Made by a program: the position numbers and the translations under genes. Below the pieces are notes generated by a model. It did not search any database and was not told where the DNA came from. It was given only the letters and a program-made list of their open reading frames with translations. Positions 23,891 through 39,250 of a stretch of 64,000 nucleotides of DNA are shown piece after piece. Source of the stretch: Podarcis liolepis (Eukaryota); NCBI GenBank assembly GCA_965112155.1, contig OZ218099.1. The stretch is one strand, 5' to 3'. Positions within the stretch are counted from its first letter, which is position 1. Each line of letters begins with the position of its first letter.

Positions 23891-25248
23891 CCTTTTTCCC
23901 AAATTGGACTTACGACATTTAAAATAATTAAATGCACAGGAATAAAAACAAACTAGTTAAAAACAATAGATTTGTTGATGTTGATGTTGATGTTTTGAAG
24001 GTAACATGCTGGTCTTGCAGGGAGGGATTTTAAATGAAACATTTAAGTGAGCAAGTTTCCATTCATCAGAGGGCTGTGAATGGTTTCCCTGGCCCACTTC
24101 AAAAGACCGGGGCAGTGTGTCCGCTGGGGTACTACTCATTCAGGGGCACTACAGGAGATGTGAAAACATCTGCTCAAGTCAGGCCGGCGTCTTTCAGGAC
24201 TGTTTTCCCCTTGCTAATAATTGTCTGTGTTCTGTCATCTAGAAAGGGGACTTTGTATGTTGTCTCCCAGGTATTCTAATGCTAATTTGTTTAGTTAAAA
24301 AGAGAGGAGGCTAAACAGATGTGAGCCATTTGGTTAGGTTGTAGTTCATTTGTTAGAAAGTGCAAAGGCTTCTTGGGAGGATATTAAATATTACCTTAGC
24401 TATTCATGAACACTTCATATTTCAAGAGAGGGAGGGCGGCAGGGATTGCACTCAATAAATCAAGCTTTTTTTTAAAAAAAAAAAGAATGATGGAAAAAAG
24501 CAAACATTTGATAAATCTATGTCATTATGCCTGCAGATCAAAGGGCTTTACATATGTATTTATGCAAGTGGCAACCTAGGAGACAATAATAACAAACATA
24601 GATCTCCGGCGGCTTTGCGAAAATAAAAATTAGCCTGTTCTAATCTGTAATTATCTGGGAAATGTGCAAGGCAGGAGGTTGCTGGCTGCAGGAGTGTTTC
24701 AGCTTGGTAAAACCAAAGGGATGAAACGGCTTCCACTCAGTTGCCAAATCCCAGGAAACACTGAAACTGGCAAATGTTGCTAAGCACAATGCATATAGTT
24801 TGGGGTAGTTAGATGTCTGTCACTACATTGTACTAGTATTTTTGAGCAAAATATAAATGGGGCTGGTTTAATAAATAGGAAATCTAATGTGCTTTTAGGA
24901 TATTTGCATATATAACATAATCAGGCCACAATCTTATGCCCATTTACCTGAGATTGTCCAGTGTTTATTATTCCTAAGCAGACATGCAAAAATAGCCAGC
25001 TATAACTCCCTCTCTTGAGTTTTGTGTGCTGTTGATATGAGATAGAAATCAGAAGAGAGTCATTTTTTAATCAGTTGTACTCTATGAGCTGGGTTTGCAT
25101 TCCATGTGATTTTAAGCAACAGCAACAACAGGCTTCAGATGTTAAAGTACTTCTCGATTATGCCTGTAGAATCTCTGCCCAATCTTAGGCTTTACAGCAG
25201 CCTTCCTAAATCTGGTGCCTACAAAATTCCATCAGCACCATATATATA

Positions 25249-25474
25249 CAGTGGTACTTCGGGTTACATACACTTCAGGTTACAGACTCCGCTAACCCAG
25301 AAATAGTGCTTCAGGTTAAGAACTTTGCGTCAAGATAAGAACAGAAATCGGGCTCCAGCAGCGCAGCAGCAGCAGGAGGCCCCATTAGCTAAAGTGGTGC
25401 TTCAGGTTAAGAACAGTTTCAGGTTAAGAACGGACCTCCAGAACAAATTAAGTACTTAACCCGAGGTATCACTG
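25249..25474. mobile_element. Tc1/mariner (Tigger-like) MITE
   Basis: TIRs cagtggtacttcgggtta...taacccgaggtatcactg with TA target duplication on both sides; closely similar to copies at 29675, 53217 and 61983. Confidence 0.9.
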
Positions 25475-25661
25475 TAGCACAGTTGGGCTAGCTGGTACTG
25501 ACGAAGGTTGCTTTACATTATGATCCTATGCAAATCAGAAGTCCCACAAATTTCAGTAAATATAACAATGGCAGATTGATCCTCCACTTGTTGACTTGGA
25601 AGCGACTCTCACCGTTTTATATCTTCTCGTAATCAATGGGCTTCCTTCCTCAATTCTAGAA

Positions 25662-25787
25662 AAATAATAGAAGGGAACAAAAGGGTCAGCTAGTCCAACC
25701 CTCTGCAACGCAGGACTCTTTTGCCCAACATGGGGCTCAAACCCACGACTCTGAAATGAAGAATCTCATGCTCTACCAACTGAGCTA
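25662..25787 (-). mobile_element. Short tRNA-head / CR1-tail SINE (Squam2-like)
   Basis: Reverse strand reads tagctcagttggtagagcatgaga...gtgggtttgagcccc followed by CR1-like gggttggactag. Confidence 0.7.
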
Positions 25788-26888
25788 CATAAGTCCCCAT
25801 AACTTTTGATGCATCAGTTCCAGTGTAAATAGTTAATGAATACGGAAAAGATCCATCAGTTTGATTGGCCCAAACATTAAAAGTTCATAAAAGGGCATTG
25901 TTCTCTCTCTCTGTCTGTCTGTCTGGCTAGAGTGAACACACTGTGTATTTGTGCTCTAAAAAGAGAAATGGAAGTGAAGGACTTTATTTATTTATTTATT
26001 TACTTACTTACTTACTTACTTACTTTTCTTCCTTGTTTGATGCAACCACAATTGTTCTCTGTGTCTTTCCATTCCCCAGCACTGTTTCAGATATTCCAGC
26101 CATTCGATTTCTACCTCTTCCCTCGAGCAATGTCCACACTCCATCCATCTCACTAAAAAATAAAAAAAATAAAAAGTTCTTTGACATCCAGCCCACATTT
26201 TTTCTTGACTCAACTCTGTCATGTCACTCCTACTCATCTCTCCTTGGAGCACTGGAAAACACTCCTCCCCATTCAAGCCAAATGGCATTGAGCCAGCAAA
26301 GAACGGTGTTTGCAGAAAGAGGGATCAAAACTTTAGGGGCAGGTCAGAGAAAAAAAAAAAAAAAAGTATAATGACTTCCGGTTTCTTGGGAGAAGAAATG
26401 GAGCTGACTGGGTGTTTATGACGGAGAATAAGAGTACACCCCGAACCCACTCAGCCAATGAAACCCAAAGGAGGGAGTTGTGTTACAGCATGAAAATGAT
26501 TCCCTTTGGCTGAACATGGCAACATTTCAAAATGAAGTTAGGCCTGATTTACACATTACAGACATAAGAGACTGCTTGAAATTGCTCCACTACTTGGCTG
26601 ATACAACCACAGAGCTGAAGGAAAAATTAAAATGACAAACACCCTGAAATTCTGATATGAAACTATAAAAGCCGCAAGTGGTGTGGAATGGCCACAGAAA
26701 TGGGGAAACAAATCCACTCTCTCCATGCATCTCTGTGATGCCCACTTGTTTCTGCTCCCCAAAATGACCACATTGCAATGTGCATTGGAACTGGGACCTG
26801 TTGGTCACAAAGGGGAAAGCTATTAGTATGCAATTTTCAGTTCAAATGTCCAAAAGGAGTTCTAATGCTATGATGAAAATGGAGTATT

Positions 26889-27139
26889 GAAGAAGAAGAA
26901 GAGGAGTTTGGATTTGATATCCCGCTTTATCACTACCCGAAGGAGTCTCAAAGCGGCTAACATTCTCCTTTCCCTTCCTCCCCCACAACAAACACTCTGT
27001 GAGGTGAGTGGGGCTGAGAGACTTCAGAGAAGTGTGACTAGCCCAAGGTCCCCCAGCAGCTGCATGTGGAGGAGCGGAGACGCGAACCCGGTTCACCAGA
27101 TTACGAGTCCACCGCTCTTAACCACTACACCACACTGGC
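26889..27139 (-). mobile_element. tRNA-derived SINE (Squam3-like)
   Basis: Minus-strand head gccagtgtggtgtagtggttaagagcgg...ccgggttcgcgtctcc and (CTT)n tail, seen as (GAA)n on the + strand. Confidence 0.87.
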
Positions 27140-27605
27140 AGCCCACTGATTCAATCCAGGACAACAGCCACATAGTAGCTGAAACATAGATATCAGCCCT
27201 TGTTCTACCAGAATCAGAGCAAATGCTGCTCTGTTTTTAAGCAAACCCAGGGCTAGGACAGCTCATTTTGAAAGGGAATTAATTTCATTTCCATTTCATG
27301 CCCTCCAAAAGGAAATTCAGTCCAGTTCACGTTTGCCTCCTTCAAAAAAGAACTAATTCGATTTGAGTTCAATTTGCAATTCATTCATGTGGTACTCGGC
27401 ATTTTCTCCAGCTAAAGTTTAAAATATAGTTAAGCAAACTAAGAAACCATCTGAACGCACATGGAGTGTAATGTGAATAATGTTGTCATTTATTTTCCCA
27501 GTGATTGTACTCTTTCAGCTTAAACAGCAGCATCAGTTCTCAGATACTGTTGGTACAAATAGTAGGCACAGTGGCTGCAGTCAAACACAAGAGTTAAGTG
27601 TGATG

Positions 27606-27609
<4 letters not shown>

Positions 27610-27643
<34 letters not shown>
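27610..27643. repeat. (GT)n microsatellite
   Basis: Direct reading. Confidence 0.95.
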
Positions 27644-27644
<1 letters not shown>

Positions 27645-28934
27645 GAATTGAATTTAAAATTACCCAAAGTTCCACCACAATAGGAACTTAATTCACATTC
27701 AGTTCACCCAGAAATTATAAGAACTTTCAGATGTAATTTAGAGATTTTTTGAATTAATTCAGTAAATTAGTATGAATTAGCTCATTCCAGGCGCACTAGG
27801 CTGCTTAGATCAACATATGAAAGGAAATAATGTCAGAGGCACTTTGTCTCATACCCATTCTTAAGAGCATTGAGAGTAGGTCCAAATGCATATCAAAAGA
27901 ACAACAGTACAGCTCACTCCAGGGATGGATTGGGGAAGCCAGGAGATGTAGAGGGCTACAAAATGTGGGTGTGACTTCTATAGTGACTTCTATAGTACTT
28001 ACTCAGTCCTTGGCTGGGGCTGCTGAGTAAATGATTCCTGACCTGAGACTCCCTTTTTCTCTCTTTCTTCCACTGGCTGGAGGAACATGAGGGTATGTGA
28101 GGGGTGTGACTATAGGCCCAAGACTTTTCTCAGTTAAGACACAAACCACCATTAGTGTGAAAGGGGGGAAACCACATTCACATTCTAATAACAAAGACAT
28201 GAGACAAAAGATGCAAATAATTAGCTGCCAATTCACTCTTTAACATGTTGAATCAAACAGCCACCATAAGTAACATTCAGACTAGGTCAAATCCTACAGA
28301 AAAGACTAAATAAAGTGCAGTCTTGCCAATCAACCCTATCTAAGCAAACAAATACAAAGTCATGTCAACCTCTTTCTCTTTATTGGTCCAGATTGAGATT
28401 TTATGTTAGCCACTTGGAGACTAAGGAAAGAACTGGAGATAAGGGGAGGGGGAGCAACTAATAATCTACTATAGATGGTAATTAGGCTCTGAACTTCCAT
28501 GCCTACAAAAGACTCATAAATTGTGAAAGACAAGCTGCATCATTCCTCAAGTGACCGGGGAGCCCAGGTCCATCTGTGTACCACACACAACCCAAAAGAA
28601 TGGCCGCATGAAGAATGGGACTGTTCTTACATACACAACATGGAAGTTGGAACCAGTTTGCTGCATGATCCCCGGGCATCATTACTCAGAAGTAAACCTC
28701 ACTGAGTTCAAGGAGACCTACACCCTTGTAAATGTGCTCACAACTGTAGCCTTAAATTATTTTAACATGTCTTTTTGCACCAGACCTCAACTGGGATCAA
28801 ATACACAGATCAGTTGCAACTCAATCCATCTGCAGCGTGAAAGTTTTCTAACCACATATTTTTCTTGTTGCACAATTTGAGATTTGATGATGCCCGATTT
28901 GAAAAGCCTTGATTCAATCAGAGGCATTTTATTT

Positions 28935-29928
28935 AATTTTTATTTAAAAAAAATTAAAGCTTTTCTTGGTTTACAAAAGTACATGCCTTTTTCAGGCTGT
29001 ACAGTCTTTCTTACAAATCAGTTACATTTGTTGTGAGACATTAGTGTTGAGTACAGTATAAGGGTGGAGAGAGGAGGGATGGTGAGGCTTATATTCTTTT
29101 ATATTTTATATTCTTTTATACAGTGTACATGTGGGGTTTTGTGTCAGCATCAACGGGGTTGGTTCCCTTTCTGTTTGTTTATTACACATCCTTGGTGGTG
29201 AGAGGTTTTGGGGGGCAGGGTGTGGTTAGTTGTCTGTGGTTGGCTGCAGTGGGGTTTGTTTGCATTTGTGAGGGGGGGGGAGGTTTTGTTGGGTCAGGTA
29301 AACTAGATTGCTTTATATGCTGTTAGTGGAGTCTTGTTGTTGTCTTGTTGGGCTGTGTATGTGAATGGGGTGAAGGTGTCCACTTCTATTTGTCCCCATG
29401 ACAGTTTCAGTTTATTGGTTAGCTTTTCTGGTAAGGCCGTTCCCCATACAATTCGATACCATTGGTCCTTGTTTACTCCTGACAGGCCTCTCCAGTGTCT
29501 GGCTATGAGCCTTCTGGCTGCTGAGAGATGGTGGGTTATAAGCTCTGTATAATGTGAGTGGTCATTATGATCTTGGAAGATGTTCAGTAGGGCCAGTTCT
29601 GGGGTGAGTTCTAATACCTGATTAGTTCTTTTGCATATCTCTTGTAGGACTGCTGTCCAGAAGGGTTGAATATACAGTGGTACCTCGGGTTACATACACT
29701 TCAGGTTACATACGCTTCAGGTTACAGACTCTGCTAACCCAGAAATAGTACCTCGGGTTAAGAACTTTGCTTCAGGATGAGAACAGAAATCGTGCTTTGG
29801 CGGCGCAGCGGCAGCAGGAGACTCCATTAGCTAAAGTAGTGTCTCAGGTTAAGAACAGTTTCAGGTTAAGAACGGACCTCTGGAACTAATTAAGTACTTA
29901 ACCCGAGGTACCACTGTATTGGGCAAGC
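28935..29928 (-). mobile_element. L1-clade LINE 3' fragment (ORF2 C-terminus plus 3' UTR), interrupted by a MITE
   Basis: Minus-strand CP[MITE]IQPFWTAVLQEICKRTNQVLELTPELALLNIF...SAARRLIARHWR...QWYRIVWGTALPEKLT, the typical post-CCHC tail of non-mammalian L1 ORF2; A-rich 3' end near 28935. Confidence 0.8.
29675..29916. mobile_element. Tc1/mariner (Tigger-like) MITE nested in an L1 fragment
   Basis: Perfect TIRs cagtggtacctcgggtta/taacccgaggtaccactg with TA TSD. Confidence 0.92.
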
Positions 29929-32900
29929 CTTCCTGGACTTTTCTAGAAAAAATGAAATTGACCTCTTCTGTCACTTCCTGCCTCTTGGAGATGATGTGAT
30001 TGGCTCCCAATGCTTCCAGGCAAAGAAAGAAGGCAGAAGGGGATTCCACATGCCCCAATAAACTCCTGGAATAAAGCTGCCCTCCAAGGGGCCCATCTAA
30101 ATAAGAGCCCTGGCCCTTTTCTACAGAGAGAAGTTACAGGAAAGGATCCAGATGCTGGCAGGGAAATCTGTTAAATGGTGATGGGAGGGTTATCCTCCCA
30201 AAAGCCAAAAGGTGTATGTCATCAGGGCTAGTTGAAGCTCTGGGGTATTGGCCTGGAGTCTCTGAAAAGTCTCTGTGCCTGCAGCCTGTGCAACAGAGCC
30301 AGGGCGGAGGAAGCCTTTGCATTGCACTGGGAGTCTGTTAGCCATGAATCATTCCTGGGGGGGAGGGATGGAAGAAGCCAACTTGCACAGCCCCTAACCA
30401 GATCCCCAGTGAATTTTACAAACTGTCCACAAGGCCAATATTATTTTCTATAAAGGCAATATTGTAAAGAACACAGTACTCAGGTCCACTTGCTCTAGCA
30501 AAATAAAGGTCATCCCCCCTCCAAGCCCAAGCAGGGTGAGTTTGCTGCTAAGGAACGGCACCTGCAAGTTGACTTCAGAACACACCCACCCACCACTGCC
30601 ACATTCATCCCAGGCTACAAAGCGCTGCTTGGCCGGGATCTGGGCTGGGCTTGACTTTCCTGCCGGAAAAGAAAGCCCAGCTGCTGATCTGCAAGGCTGT
30701 AACTGATCTACCCCGGGAGGCCTCTCCGGAGTGCCGTTCCGTGCAGACACACACCCTTTCCCAGCATCTAAGCACCACTCCGGAGGAAAATGCGAGAGAA
30801 TCTCTGCTTCGTTTTTCCCACCCGCAGAGAGTGTTGAAACTGGATCAGGAACGCCTGTTCGTTTTGTGTTGACGGCCAGGAGATGAGATGAGCTGAACCA
30901 AACTGAAGAGGTCCCTTCCTCCTCTGGAAGCTGCCTTGTGTGAGTCTCTACGGACTGATGACGCTGCCAGCATCGTTATGCATTGGGAATGACTCCTGGC
31001 AGGACCTTTGCGATCAAACGGTGAGGCGCGCAAATTCTGGCGCGGAAGCAAGGCCCTCCCCTTTGACACCGAAGTACTGGGAGCGAAAGCGCTCCCCAAC
31101 TATTCCCGGGAACACATTTCGGAAGAAAAGGCGCTTTCGTCCTTACGATTCTGTGCACAGTTACTTGGGAATACGCCCCGTTGCGATCAGTGAGGTTTCC
31201 TTGCAAGGAAGCGCTCGCAGACCTAAAGGCTGAAGTGATGGGCAGCAGCAAGGGTTGCCATATTTTGAAGAGCAAAAAAGAGGACACATGATTTTGCCGA
31301 CTTCTACTTTTAACTGTGGATCGCTATGACGATTCTACCCACGGAAGAGAGGACATGCCCTGGAAAAAGAGGACCTATGGGACCCCGAGGATCATCTAGT
31401 CCAACTCCCTGCAATTATTATTATTTTATATATTTATTAAATTTATATGCCGCTCTTCCTCACAAGATCTCAGGGCACTTCACAGAGTAAAATACAAGAT
31501 GAAAACACAGGTAAATAATTTAAACAAAAACAGCAAAACAGTAACTCCCCTTCCCACATAATATAGCAATGCAGGAATCTCAACTATATCTAAGATTTAG
31601 GCACGTTTGCTGAACAGCTGCGATCATGTGCACGTTTGTCCACAACTCAGTGGCGCTTACTTCTGAGTAAGGGTGCCTAGGATCAGGCTGGGTAGGTACC
31701 ACCATCGCTGCTGCCTGGGACGTGGTTTTAGGACCGCGATCTTCCAGGGAACTGTCTTGCCCTGAAATCTGTAAGCGCCACCCTCAAGTGCCAAGCGGTG
31801 TCCACGTCAGTGAATAGCTACCAGCCCTTCTTGTTTCGCCAGCAACGCCTCTTCTGTCACTTATCCGTCAACCCGCACTCCAAGACATTTCACCCGCAAA
31901 TTGTTCGGGTCTTTCCGCACTTACTAGTCACATTGGCAACGTTGCACTTTGAGCCAATGTTTTTAAGAGTGAATTCGGAGCTGTCTGTCTGCACCTTTGG
32001 TCCCATGTGGCTGTTATGGGAGAATGAGGGGAGGTTTTCTCTTCCACACTAATGGTCGGTTGTGCTCAAGTTGGGGAAAGTTCTGGGTCTGTAGTCCCAC
32101 CACCTCGTGTTCCTCCAGCCACCAGGAGCTATGAGCATTTCGTGGGAATAACTTTTTAGCTTTGCTTATATATAATGCCTAGTATTACTGGAATTCTAAC
32201 CGCATGGGAGGTTAGAAGAAATGTCCGTCTGAGCTAATCCCCGAACTCCCTTCCCTACTTGCCATGTCTCTCCTCCCAACTGAAGGACTGGCACAGGAAA
32301 GTAGCGCAAAACAGACGACTCGAAACCACACCCACCCATCCAATTTCCCCACAGAAAGTGAGCTGGTGCTTGTGCACATGCCACCCTAAAGAAAATATTG
32401 AGGATCCGTTCCAGATCTTTGACAGGTGTCAGATGGCGGGGAGGGAAGAAAAAGCGTCCTTTTGAGGAAGATATTCCGGAATAGTAGCGGAATAATGACG
32501 ACGTCGTGTGGCAACACGCCAAAACATCGAAAACAGCAACAACCCCATAAAGTGCGTGTGTAGAATGGCCCTTTATTTTTGCACAAAGCCCCTCCAATGC
32601 CGACGAAGTTTTGCGCAAACTTGTGCGCAAACCCTTTCGCGTATCCAGACGCATCCCTGACGCCCAAATGTCGATTCTGAATATCTGCAAGTCTTTCATA
32701 CATTCACCCGGCACTCAAACATGATCTCTCTTTCACATACACACGCACAGCTTTTTCCACAGGCTCAGTATTTTAAAAATAAAAATAAAGTCGGGGGGGG
32801 GGGGAGAGAGAGAGGAGAGGAATTTCTCAATCGTTTCCTTCGAAAAACCCCAAGAAATTAAAAGTCAGTTTTCCTGCCCCGGAAGGGAAGAAGCAAGATT

Positions 32901-35900
32901 AGGCAAGGAGACTCTCGGTGTCCTTATGAGTGAGGGAGCTGTGCAGATTTGGATCAACGGATTCCATTTCTCTTTGATCTCCTCATTTTGAAAGGATCTT
33001 AATGAATAGTGATCTTCTGGGGCTCCTCATCCCCTTGTGTTCTTTGAGTGGAGATGCCTCTTTCGCCATCCCCCCACTTTTAAAGGATTATTGTCAAGTT
33101 CCTGAGAAACTGAGGACTGCTGGACAATGAAATACAAATCTCTTCCCATTCCTCGAAAGAAAGCGAAGTGTTTTTTTTCTCCTAAGCAGGCTGGGGAGGG
33201 GAGCGAACCGGAGCTGCAATCCCGATCGCCACGGCTGGGGAGTCAAATCCCATTGAGATAGTGGGATTTAGGGCTGGGCTAATACGCTGAGGATTGCAGC
33301 TAATGTGAAAATTAGGAACACCTTTGGGGCATCTTGAGAATGGAGTTAAATTGAGCGAAAGATTGGTGTGTGGTATTTGGAGGTGCGGGGAAACAAGGAT
33401 TGGTTTCTTCATTCCGGAGCGCACTCTTGGAATTTCTTTCCAAGACTGAAATCGTTAGAACATCCTGAAAGAACTTCCACTTCGCTGGGGTTTTCATTTG
33501 AGAGTGTCTGTTCGTGATTACTAACTTCTGTCGACTCAGTTAGAAAGTTTACGCTTGCCCCCCCCCCACCCTCTCCAAGCTTTGGCGACCCATAAAATTT
33601 CTTTCACTCCAAAAAGAGGGTTGACGGAGGGGAGAAAGAAACTTTTCTCTCGCTTTGAAAACTTGCGGGGAGCCTTCTGTCATTTTTCATGTTGCCACCA
33701 CAGAAGATTCGGATCATAGGGAACTGAATTTCCTTTCCAATCTGGTTCAGCCCCCTCTACATGTCCACACACCCCTTCCCGCTCGCTCCCTTCGGCGCAT
33801 TTATTGCCTTCATTTTAATGTTCGCTGGGAGCTTGCAGCAGACTTCTATTTAAACAGAATCCGATTCGGCTTCGCTTCGCTTCCACACCAGCGGTAACCA
33901 CGGGATCGTTTTCGGGGATTTTGCCCCGAGTCTCATCTAGCAGTCAATTGACTTTTTGAGAAGAAGAAAAATAAGCGGAGAGAAGGCTATTATTTCTTTA
34001 CATTGATTTCACTAATTTTTAATTTTTTTGCACTTTTGTCCTCCGCGATGGCCCTGTGAGGCAATGAGGTGATTTTCGTCTTAATGGTCTCTTATTCCTA
34101 CCCCACCCCTCTATACCTCAAAATGTAGTTGGGGGGCTTTCTGCTCATCTTATTGCGTGGGGGGCTCTGGAATCATGTCCCCAAATCGGCACCGAAGACG
34201 TCCCCCACCCCCGAAGGCAAGTTGCGCCACTATCGACGCGATACAGTCCTTCCCACTTGACAAGAAATCCATTGACAGTGGTTTGAAGCGGATCCGAATT
34301 ACGTATATCGGTTGTACTGTCTCTAGCTTTTAAGCCTGTCCCTACCCGCGCCGCGAAACAAGGAAGACATGGGGAGCGGGAACCTTCACACTTCGACGTG
34401 AGCTCCCCCCCCCCCACACGCACAGTTTCAGCCCGGACGCTGAAATCTATTAGGCGACGGCGCGTCCTCCTGCGCGAGAGAATTTGGACGGCTTACACAG
34501 CCCCTTCTTCACATTTTAAGCGCCTTTACTGAGAAAATCCTTCCGACTCCAGTGGACGTGCCGGCATAGAGTTTTTCTCCCCTCTGAAGTAAAGAAAGCC
34601 CTGTTGAGGTCACGGGAATTTGTTTCGGGGAAAACGTGGCAAGGATGGGGAGGCCGGTGTCCTTAGGATCCGGGCCAAGTTCGGCTAACTATAGGATACT
34701 AACCATGTTTACTCGGAAGCAAGTCCCGGTGACTAATTTGGGGACTATCCAATATCTTTTTGCTGAAAACTTGTATGTGCTTGTGTAACACACATGCGGC
34801 TTAGAACAGAAGCTAGATTGTACATGACAGTTGAATATGAGGGAAATTGGGACTTCTAGGACCTGACCAAGAAAGAGGGCAGTAAATATAAATAAAATAA
34901 AATCCAAATTATTTCCAGGAGTTGGGCTCAAAGAACAGCGAACTTTCTGCCCCTCTAGAACAGAGAGACTCCTTTCTTTTTTTTCTAGCTGTCTCTCCTT
35001 ATCCCGTCGGCAGCATAGAAAATGTTCTGGAGTGATTTAAGTCCCAACGCTGGAAGACGCTACAGGGGCAGAAATAAAAATAAGAGTTGTTTTTTTCTTC
35101 CTTGTAAAAGTTTTCCACTTTCTGATATTCCTCCCTCCATTTCGAACAAACCAAATAATGCTGCAATGATGCAAATAATAAAAACAAGGATCAATTAACA
35201 CACCTTGACAATTCCCCGCACCCCTTCCTTGTTATTTTGGACGCCTGTTCTAAATAAGCACATGAGCAAATGAGATTTAAATTGGGCCGATATTACTCCT
35301 AAGTATTGACAGTTCGAATTATTCGGCTCACTTGTTCCTAGTTTTCAGTGGAAGATCTCCACCTCCGAGTTCAGAAGTAAACCGTCATGGCTGGAAAATC
35401 CTACTGTCCCCCTCAGTCAAGCCGAAGTACTTTACTCAAAGTATGATTTGAGCAAAACGAGCTGCTTGGAAGGATGCCTCGCGGTTTTAGCCCCGAGCCA
35501 CTTCTGCTGAAAGTGCTTGGAAACTCCCGCGGCAAAAGCGCGGCTTCACACGAAACCAGCTGTAGCGCATCGCCGTCCTGTGTCACCGACGTTTCCATGT
35601 TATATACGTTCGATTTGCTCACGGCTTTTTATCTGGAAATAGGCACACTAAATAGTAAGGGTGTTGTTGTGGTTTTTTGTTTTATTTTACTTAAGAAGGG
35701 GGCACACACACATAGATTTGGGGGATCTTCGTAAAGCTAAAGTCCCACGAGAAAGGGGTTTTGAACAAGGTCCGCACGTGGCAAAAAAAGAAGGGCGAAG
35801 CAGCTCCAGAAGCTCCAGAAGTGGAAACTGGTCTCACACTGTTATGCACGCCTTAGTTTCACTACGGTTCTGCTTCTAACTTTGCCTAGGATTGCAGCGA

Positions 35901-37810
35901 AACTTTAAAAGTAACTTGACTTTGTGAATCAGTTGGAGTAATACGGTCCTGCAGCGATTTGTTCGGTAAGAATGGCAATGGGATCGTGACGCACTTGGAG
36001 CTAAAGCGAGCGCTGTGTGTGTTTGTGGTGATTTTTTGATACTTTTCAGTTCCGGGCCAACCTAAAGCCCGTCACGTCTTCGAATGGATCGGGGCTCTTC
36101 CTGCTGTTCGTTTGAACCGAGCATCTGCCACCTTCCAAATCTCCTTCCTCGTGGCCGTGGGGGCTTCCCTCCCTCCTCCCAGGATGTGCGAAAGAGCCGC
36201 CCCCGCGCAGTCCCCGCGATCCAAGGATGACAGTAAAGGGCCGAGTTCCTTGGGGGTGTGGGAGAGTGGGAGTTACAGGAAATGGAAGAGAAACCGGACG
36301 ATTCCCACCGACCCCCCCTCCCCGCCTTCCCTGGATCTCCCAGGAAAACGCTGGAAGCCTGGCAGACCGGCGACGATGCTGCAGGCAGCCAATGTCTGCA
36401 TCCGACTTCTTCAAGAGACGTCATGCATTGGGAGTCGTGCTACTCGAGAGGAAATAGCTCGGGGACACGGGAGGATCTGAGAGATCGTTTGCCAGGGGAA
36501 GATCGATCGGGAGGCAGGCGCGCCCTGAAAAATCAAGTCTTGCCCCCCCCCCCAATCATTTCACAAAAGTTTTTATTCTGAGGTCTGGCACAAGCCATTG
36601 TCTGTGGACTGGAGAGGGAGTCGGAAGAGGGATGAGGATGGGGAAGAGGGCCATTCATTGCCCCAAGGAAGGAGGGAGGGAGGATGGGGAGGCAGCGGTG
36701 AGGCCTCCTTCCCAGTGCTCCTGTGTGGGAAAAGGACTTCAAGAAGTTTGGATGGGAAAGGGAAGGGACAGGGCCCAGGAAGGGTGGCTCTTCGCGAGGC
36801 ACCCCTCGAATATCCTCCCCAAAAAGGAAGCAAGACCCTCCAGCAGACCAGTCGGTCAGACTTTGATGCGCTCAACCCGCTTTTTAGAAAATTTCTAGCA
36901 TTTTCTCCTCCTCCTCCTCCGAACAGGTTCGAAACTAAGTTATTATTTCCATTTTCGAGACGATCGTCACCTCCGTATTAGCAAGAGCACAACCCCCTTT
37001 CTTAGCCTCATGGGATGGTTAGCCTGAGTGTAAACAAACGGGTCCCAGTTTCGAAGTGATTCGAGGACCGAGGCAGAGAGAAGGATGCACAGTCGGCAAA
37101 AGGGATCTTTGTTTGCCAGGACAGGGCTACACAGGACGGCTGCAGGAGGACAGAAGGTGTCGCAGTTTGAGGTGGGAGCGAAGCGCTGAACCGGCCGGAC
37201 AGGCGGAGCAGGAGCGCGCGGCTCCACTGGGACAAGGGCCTAAGTGTGACAGCATCCCCTTACGCCCTGCTGTCAGTGGTACCTCGTGCACTAGAAGGCC
37301 GCGCATTTGCGCTCCGACTCCGTGAATCCGGAGCAGGTTGCTTCGATTCCCTTTACTAATCCGAATCTCCACCTCACCCCACCCGCAGTCCCCAAATCTC
37401 GCCGTTTCCGGCTCTTTGATCGACGTGAGATGAAGCTAACTAAGCCACACGATTTCGTGCTGGTTTATTCGACGTGCCCACTGAGTCACTGCGGCCTTAA
37501 GCAATCTTGACCGCACCCCCCCCTCCAAACTCGGTTAGACGGTTACTCAAATTATATGCCACTGGTATGCTTTGGGTTGCAGCAGCCTTTAAGCCACACA
37601 ATATGCTGGGGGTGGGTGTGCATGTGTGCATGTGGAAGTCTGGATGATGCTGGTGCGTGCAGGTAAAGAAACCAGCGTGCTGTTTTGCTAGAGCTCTTAC
37701 TTCCCGCAAGGAAGATGAGAGGGGAAGCAGCGTTCATTGGGCAGCTGCCTGAACAGCCATCCCGCCCCCGTCTAAAAGATTCCTTCCCATCCTTTGCTCA
37801 ATTGCACTCG

Positions 37811-37934
37811 AGTTAGCTCAGTCAGTAGATCTCAGGGTCGTGGGTTCGAGCTTCCCGTGGGACAAAAGATTCCTGCATTGCAGGGGGTTGAACTAGATGA
37901 CCTGCTTGGTCCCTTCCAGCTCTAAATTCTATGC
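37811..37934 (+). mobile_element. Short tRNA-head / CR1-tail SINE (Squam2-like)
   Basis: ttagctcag...gtgggttcgagc head followed by a CR1-type 3' end (gggggttgaactagatgacc...ggtcccttccagctctaaattctatg). Confidence 0.7.
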
Positions 37935-37949
37935 GTTACTCCAAGAACC

Positions 37950-39250
<1,301 letters not shown>

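Noticed and set aside
25720-25787. tRNA-like sequences here and at 37811, 16690-16746 and 27075-27139
   Set aside because: These are SINE heads attached to LINE-derived tails; they do not form intact cloverleaves.
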